A DNA stretch of 57,738 nt, from contig JAXGPF010000017.1 of assembly GCA_040767085.1 (NCBI GenBank), positions 1 through 57,738 on the forward strand, written 5' to 3'. Positions 51,123 to 57,738 of this stretch are shown piece by piece. This DNA comes from Kiritimatiellia bacterium (GTDB taxonomy: Bacteria > Verrucomicrobiota > Kiritimatiellia > JAAZAB01). Below the pieces are notes generated by a model. It saw only the letters and a program-made list of their open reading frames with translations, did no database searches and had not been told where the DNA came from. Numbering within the stretch: position 1 is the first letter of the stretch; every line of letters begins with the position of its first letter. A program made the translations under genes and the position numbers.

Positions 51123-51197
51123 GCAAAACACAGAGCCGGAAACGGCAACAGGCGGCCATGCCGACTGGCATGGCCGCCTGCGTTTTACCAATTCCAA

Positions 51198-54100
51198 TTA
51201 CATGCCCAACTGCATAGCGCGGGCAACGTAACCTTCGCTGGAGAGCATGACCTGCCAGGCGCCTGTGCCGTCGGTCTTGCGAACCGCCAGGTCCGCCAGT
51301 CCGTCGCCATCGTAATCGCCCGGCGCAGCTTCCCAGCCTTCGCCGCCGAACACCTGCGTTACCGACGCGTAGCCGGCCTTCGACATCCAGACCGTCCACA
51401 CGCCTGCCGCCGCATCGTATGTGCCGGGATCGGCCAGACCGTCACCGTCATAGTCCGCGCACGCAGGCGCCAATGCCTGCCCGCCACCCTGGCGCAGCGC
51501 CTTCCGGGCCAGCGCATACTTCTGCGCCGAGAGCTTCACGCTTACCTCGCCGGCGCCGTCCATCACGGCCGGATCGGCCAGACCGTCGCCATCGTAGTCC
51601 GCCGCCGCCGGCAGACTCCCCACTCCGCCCAGGAATGCCGCCAGATCGGATTGCGCATACCCGGCGGCGGACAGCATCGCCGACCAGCTCCCAGTATCAG
51701 CTTCATACACTGCCAGGTCGCCCAGGCCATCGCCGTCGTAATCCGCCGGCGCCGCCGCCCAGCCCAGACCGCCAAGCTGCTTCTCAGCCAGGGCATACCC
51801 AGACCCGGACAGCATAACCTGCCAGACACCCGTGTTCTCGTCGTACGTGCACGGATCCGCCAGGCCATCGCCGTCGAAGTCCGTGCCAGCCGCCGCCTTC
51901 ACCGGCAACGTCACCGCGAACTCAACTGTTACCGACTTGGCCGCGTTCCACTCATCATTACCGGCCTGGCTGGCAGTGACAGTCACCGTGCCGGCTGCCG
52001 TGAAGGTCAGGACATTGCCGTTGAGTTCCGCCGGCCCGGTCACCGCAAACACCACCGGCAACCCGGACGAAGCTTCAGCTTCCAGCGCCACTTCCGCGGT
52101 GATCAACTGATCTTCAATCACAGAGAATGTGATAGCCTGGTCAGCCTTCACGACTTCTTCCGGCTCCTCGGGGTCAACCGGGTCTTCCGGATCAACCGGT
52201 TCTTCCGGATCCACAGGATCTTCCGGATCAACCGGGTCTTCCGGATCTTCTTCGGAGCCAACCGGCGCGATCGTGAGGCTATTCGCGCTGATAGTAGAAG
52301 ACTTGCCATCCACAACCACGTGCGCCCTGGTACCCAGAATCAAGGCGCCAGTCGCATCCTCGGGCACCTGCACGGTGATTTGAGCCGTGGCTGCCACCGG
52401 CAGCGCCGGCGCCATACAGACCGCCTCGCCACGCTGCACTTCCGGCAAGCCATCGCCATCTATGGAAAGCACTGTCCATCCTTCCGGCAATTCAGGCAAC
52501 CAGGCCAGACCATGCACGGTGCCATTCGGCGCAAACATGGACGCCGTGAGAGTAATGGGTTCGCCAGCGGTATAGTTGGCCGGACCGCTCAGTGACACAA
52601 TCGGCTGCAGAGCCAGATACTTGGTCGGGCCGGGGCCGTTGGTTGAACTGGAATAACCATCATCCAGATCGGACAGATCCACATGATACCCGCCAGCGCG
52701 CCAGTAACCCATAACTTTGTCCATTTCCGCAGCACCAATCACCCAGTCAGTTCCATCATAATCGGCGCTATGCAATCCGTCGCTAGCAGGACCAGTATAA
52801 AGTGCATTCGTTGCATTATACCCATCATAGGATTCAGCGCACGGATAATAGCTTGCCGACCGCCAGAACGCCTGGACATAGCTCAATTCGAACACATTAA
52901 TATAACGTGTAGGCGACCGGAAATCGGAGCTATGATAGCGGAACACCGGCAACACATCCGTCGGGACGGTATTGGTATGCGTTGACCCAACACGGCTGTA
53001 TTCCACCGTCGCGCTGATGTCGTTGGACACCGCTGCATTACCGGGTACATCCACCGTGTATTGGAAGACCACCGAAGTCCCGGAAACGGTCGTGAAGGTG
53101 ATGTCGGACCCCGACACCTCAGCCCCACCACCCGAAGCGGAATTCAAGGTCCACCCATCCGGCAATGTCGGCGTCCACAGCAGATACGTGAACTCATTGG
53201 TGATCGTAATGGAATTGCTGACCACCATAGTCCCGGTTGAAGGCGACCGATAGCCCTGGCAAGACTGCGTGATGTCCGCAGCAGCCGTCAGGGTGATCGG
53301 ATCGGAATCAACTGTCATCGTTCCGGCCGTGAACGTCAGTATATATTCCGTTTCCGGATTACCGGAGACCACCAGATTGGTGAAGGTAATAACGCCACCA
53401 TCGGCGGTAACGGCCGTTGTGCCACTGACTGTTCCGGAGAGATCATTAGTGATCGAAACCGTCACTTCCGTGGTGCTGTCGCTTATCACCAAGTTGGTGA
53501 ATGCATCGTAGATGCCCACCACCGGCTGGGTTTCCAGTTCCTGGCCATTGACCCCGCCGACCGGCTGGGTGATCATGCGCAGTTGGGTGGCGGTACCAAC
53601 CGTCAGCACCACTTCCGCCGTGTCATCAATCGCCACGCCGTTCAGTTCGCCGCTGATCACCGCCGTGCCAGGCGTCCCGCCGCCGGTGAACGTCGCCGTG
53701 AACGTACCATCCACATTCGTCGTCACCGCACCGATCGTCCCCAGCGTCGCGCTCAGCGTCACCGCGTTCGTGCCCGTCGTAGTCACGTTGTTCCCAAACG
53801 CATCCTTCAACTGCACCGTGATCGCCGAGGTGCCGCCAACATTCGTCGAAACTGGGTCGGCAGTGATCGCCGTCTGGGTCGGATCAGCCGCGCCAACCGT
53901 CAGTTCCACGTCCGCCGGAGTCGCGATCGCCACGCCGTTCAGTTCGCCGCTGATCACCGCCGTGCCAGGCGTCCCGCCGCCGGTGAACGTCGCCGTGAAC
54001 GTACCATCCACATTCGTCGTCACCGCACCGATCGTCCCCAGCGTCGCGCTCAGCGTCACCGCGTTCGTGCCCGTCGTAGTCACGTTGTTCCCAAACGCAT

Positions 54101-57100
54101 CCTTCAACTGCACCGTGATCGCCGAGGTGCCGCCAACATTCGTCGAAACTGGGTCGGCAGTGATCGCCGTCTGGGTCGGATCAGCCGCGCCAACCGTCAG
54201 TTCCACGTCCGCCGGAGTCGCGATCGCCACGCCGTTCAGTTCGCCGCTGATCACCGCCGTGCCAGGCGTCCCGCCGCCGGTGAACGTCGCCGTGAACGTA
54301 CCATCCACATTCGTCGTCACCGCACCGATCGTCCCCAGCGTCGCGCTCAGCGTCACCGCGTTCGTGCCCGTCGTAGTCACGTTGTTCCCAAACGCATCCT
54401 TCAACTGCACCGTGATCGCCGAGGTGCCGCCAACATTCGTCGAAACTGGGTCGGCAGTGATCGCCGTCTGGGTCGGATCAGCCGCGCCAACCGTCAGTTC
54501 CACGTCCGCCGGAGTCGCGATCGCCACGCCGTTCAGTTCGCCGCTGATCACCGCCGTGCCAGGCGTCCCGCCGCCGGTGAACGTCGCCGTGAACGTACCA
54601 TCCACATTCGTCGTCACCGCACCGATCGTCCCCAGCGTCGCGCTCAGCGTCACCGCGTTCGTGCCCGTCGTAGTCACGTTGTTCCCAAACGCATCCTTCA
54701 ACTGCACCGTGATCGCCGAGGTGCCGCCAACATTCGTCGAAACTGGGTCGGCAGTGATCGCCGTCTGGGTCGGATCAGCCGCGCCAACCGTCAGTTCCAC
54801 GTCCGCCGGAGTCGCGATCGCCACGCCGTTCAGTTCGCCGCTGATCACCGCCGTGCCAGGCGTCCCGCCGCCGGTGAACGTCGCCGTGAACGTACCATCC
54901 ACATTCGTCGTCACCGCACCGATCGTCCCCAGCGTCGCGCTCAGCGTCACCGCGTTCGTGCCCGTCGTAGTCACGTTGTTCCCAAACGCATCCTTCAACT
55001 GCACCGTGATCGCCGAGGTGCCGCCAACATTCGTCGAAACTGGGTCGGCAGTGATCGCCGTCTGGGTCGGATCAGCCGCGCCAACCGTCAGTTCCACGTC
55101 CGCCGGAGTCGCGATCGCCACGCCGTTCAGTTCGCCGCTGATCACCGCCGTGCCAGGCGTCCCGCCGCCGGTGAACGTCGCCGTGAACGTACCATCCACA
55201 TTCGTCGTCACCGCACCGATCGTCCCCAGCGTCGCGCTCAGCGTCACCGCGTTCGTGCCCGTCGTAGTCACGTTGTTCCCAAACGCATCCTTCAACTGCA
55301 CCGTGATCGCCGAGGTGCCGCCAACATTCGTCGAAACTGGGTCGGCAGTGATCGCCGTCTGGGTCGGATCAGCCGCGCCAACCGTCAGTTCCACGTCCGC
55401 CGGAGTCGCGATCGCCACGCCGTTCAGTTCGCCGCTGATCACCGCCGTGCCAGGCGTCCCGCCGCCGGTGAACGTCGCCGTGAACGTACCATCCACATTC
55501 GTCGTCACCGCACCGATCGTCCCCAGCGTCGCGCTCAGCGTCACCGCGTTCGTGCCCGTCGTAGTCACGTTGTTCCCAAACGCATCCTTCAACTGCACCG
55601 TGATCGCCGAGGTGCCGCCAACATTCGTCGAAACTGGGTCGGCAGTGATCGCCGTCTGGGTCGGATCAGCCGCGCCAACCGTCAGTTCCACGTCCGCCGG
55701 AGTCGCGATCGCCACGCCGTTCAGTTCGCCGCTGATCACCGCCGTGCCAGGCGTCCCGCCGCCGGTGAACGTCGCCGTGAACGTACCATCCACATTCGTC
55801 GTCACCGCACCGATCGTCCCCAGCGTCGCGCTCAGCGTCACCGCGTTCGTGCCCGTCGTAGTCACGTTGTTCCCAAACGCATCCTTCAACTGCACCGTGA
55901 TCGCCGAGGTGCCGCCAACATTCGTCGAAACTGGGTCGGCAGTGATCGCCGTCTGGGTCGGATCAGCCGCGCCAACCGTCAGTTCCACGTCCGCCGGAGT
56001 CGCGATCGCCACGCCGTTCAGTTCGCCGCTGATCACCGCCGTGCCAGGCGTCCCGCCGCCGGTGAACGTCGCCGTGAACGTACCATCCACATTCGTCGTC
56101 ACCGCACCGATCGTCCCCAGCGTCGCGCTCAGCGTCACCGCGTTCGTGCCCGTCGTAGTCACGTTGTTCCCAAACGCATCCTTCAACTGCACCGTGATCG
56201 CCGAGGTGCCGCCAACATTCGTCGAAACTGGGTCGGCAGTGATCGCCGTCTGGGTCGGATCAGCCGCGCCAACCGTCAGTTCCACTTCCGCCGTGTCTCA
56301 ATCGCCACGCCGTTCAGTTCGCCGCTGATCACTGCCGTCGCCGGCGTTGTCCCGCCAGTGAACGTCGCCGTGAACGTCCCGTCCAAGTTCGTCGTCACCG
56401 CGCCGATCGTCCCGCCCGTCGCGCTCAACGTCACCGCGTTCGTCCCCGTCTCGGTGATGTCGTTCCCATACGCATCCTTCAACTGCACCGTGATCGCCGA
56501 GGTGCCGCCAACATTCGTCGAGACCGGATCGGCCGTGATCGTCGTCTGGTCTTTGTCTGCATCCGCCGGCGTCACCGTAATCAGACCGGACTGCACAGGG
56601 GTCAGAGCCGGATCACCGAAGGCCGCCTGGATATTGCCCGAACCGACCAAGTGTCCGGTGAAGGTCGCGGAACCATTATCATTGTCAACTAGATCGCTTT
56701 GTTCCACGTCCGGAGTTACATTTTCCATCGTCCAGGTCGCATCCGTCACCAGCGCAACGAAGTTCGTGTCCTCATCACGGGCAATCGAGTAAACCGTGAT
56801 CGAAGAACCAGCCGTAACACTCTGCGCCGCCACTACATCGCCGCTGCCATTAGCCTCGTCTTCCACCCGTATCATGGTCGCCGGCTTGATTTCCAGCGGG
56901 TCGGGCTGCATGGGGTATTCCGTCGGGTTATTATCGCCGACAAACCGGTAAATGATGGTGGAATAGATTTCATTGGTGCCGGTTTCGCTGGCCGGAATGA
57001 TGACGTCATAGGTAAACGTCACGGGGTTTTCCGTCGGTAAAGTAGTAAACGAAATCTGATTCCCATATTCATTGGAAACGATTGCGCCAACAGCGCCAGC

Positions 57101-57738
57101 ATCGCTGCACGAGAAACTGTTGGTGTCAATTTCCCAGTTGGCAGGGAGGGAATTTGACATATTAAGGATATTCAGCGTCTTGGAGTCCGAATACTCAAAT
57201 GTATTCGTGATGGTCAGAGTCTGGGAAACCGCCAAGTTCGGCATGTAACCCAAAGAAGTGTGTTCGGCTCGTATGGCAATGATGTCAACAACCGTGGTCG
57301 GATTGGCGCCATCGCTCATTTCAAACACCAGATTCAACGTGCCAGCCGACTGCAGGTTGGAATAGGTGTTCAAAATTGTGAACACGTTGCCGGCCTCGTT
57401 TGAGGTATAATCGGTGACCGGCACCATGGGATATCCGTTCCCGGTAATGCCTTCGGCGGTGTTGCCGTTCGTGTTAACGGTAATGACAAGATCAGCCGAG
57501 TCGCCCAGAACGCGCTGAACATGAGAGGGGCTGACGGAAGAGTCGCTGTAGCCCTTTACATATTCGAGATAACTGGTGCTGTTGCCGCTGTAAATGTCAA
57601 ATCCGGTAAAATTATCGATGGTATTGTCAATAAAATCCAAATCAGCCTGGATTAACTCCAACTCTGTGGAAGAAACGCTGTTGCTGGCATACATGTCCCA
57701 GGTATGCGTCGTGAAATCTTCTCTAATGGAAATGCGGG
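51198..57738 (-). CDS. Giant surface protein/adhesin (>2170 aa) with invasin-type Ig repeats, dockerin-like module, acidic Pro linker and FG-GAP tail; split by a 1-bp deletion at ~56297; 5' end outside window
   Basis: ORFs 51198-56285 and 56276-57694 share the same repeat; upstream frame is open to the window edge; ITVQLKDAFGN invasin-D3/Big_1 motif. Confidence 0.85.
53629..56560 (-). repeat. Nine near-identical 297-bp (99-aa) tandem repeats plus one diverged copy
   Basis: atcgccacgccgttcagttcg recurs at 53629, 53926 ... 56005 and at 56301. Confidence 0.95.

Noticed and set aside
50353-51231. ORFs with IRRTTQDAVL / VRRIRTASCV repeats
   Set aside because: By-products of a stop-free 30-bp repeat; no RBS or recognisable domain.
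56276-56300. Programmed ribosomal frameshift
   Set aside because: No slippery heptamer; explained by a 1-bp deletion relative to the paralogous junction.
53512-56792. Long plus-strand ORFs (938 and 1069 aa)
   Set aside because: Antisense shadows of the repetitive adhesin gene.

Overview
Chromosomal window from a GC-rich Gram-negative bacterium. The SecA insert and FG-GAP-tailed surface proteins suggest the PVC superphylum, possibly Kiritimatiellota-like (inference). It holds housekeeping genes (secA, lnt, pyrF, lipid A acyltransferase, alr-family racemase, tRNA-Lys, tRNA-Arg), a metY-thiS-thiF sulfur-carrier operon, a surface-glycan modification cluster, a mannosylfructose/sucrose-type compatible-solute locus (synthase, phosphatase, ABC importer, phosphatase-invertase fusion), and a B12-dependent glutamate mutase/methylaspartate cluster with an uncharacterised P-loop + AlaRS-editing-like gene. 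It ends in two large modular surface-protein genes, one with nine near-identical 297-bp repeats and a 1-bp frameshift. The most unusual signal is non-coding. Intergenic DNA carries (i) a covarying ~30-nt hairpin family with a fixed GTA/GAA internal loop, amplified into a 17-unit tandem array, (ii) three MITE-like elements with terminal inverted repeats and 9-10 bp target-site duplications, two of which carry that hairpin, and (iii) several strand-asymmetric 7-10-nt periodic repeat families. No cognate transposase or nuclease gene is in the window. All calls come from reading the sequence; no searches were run.
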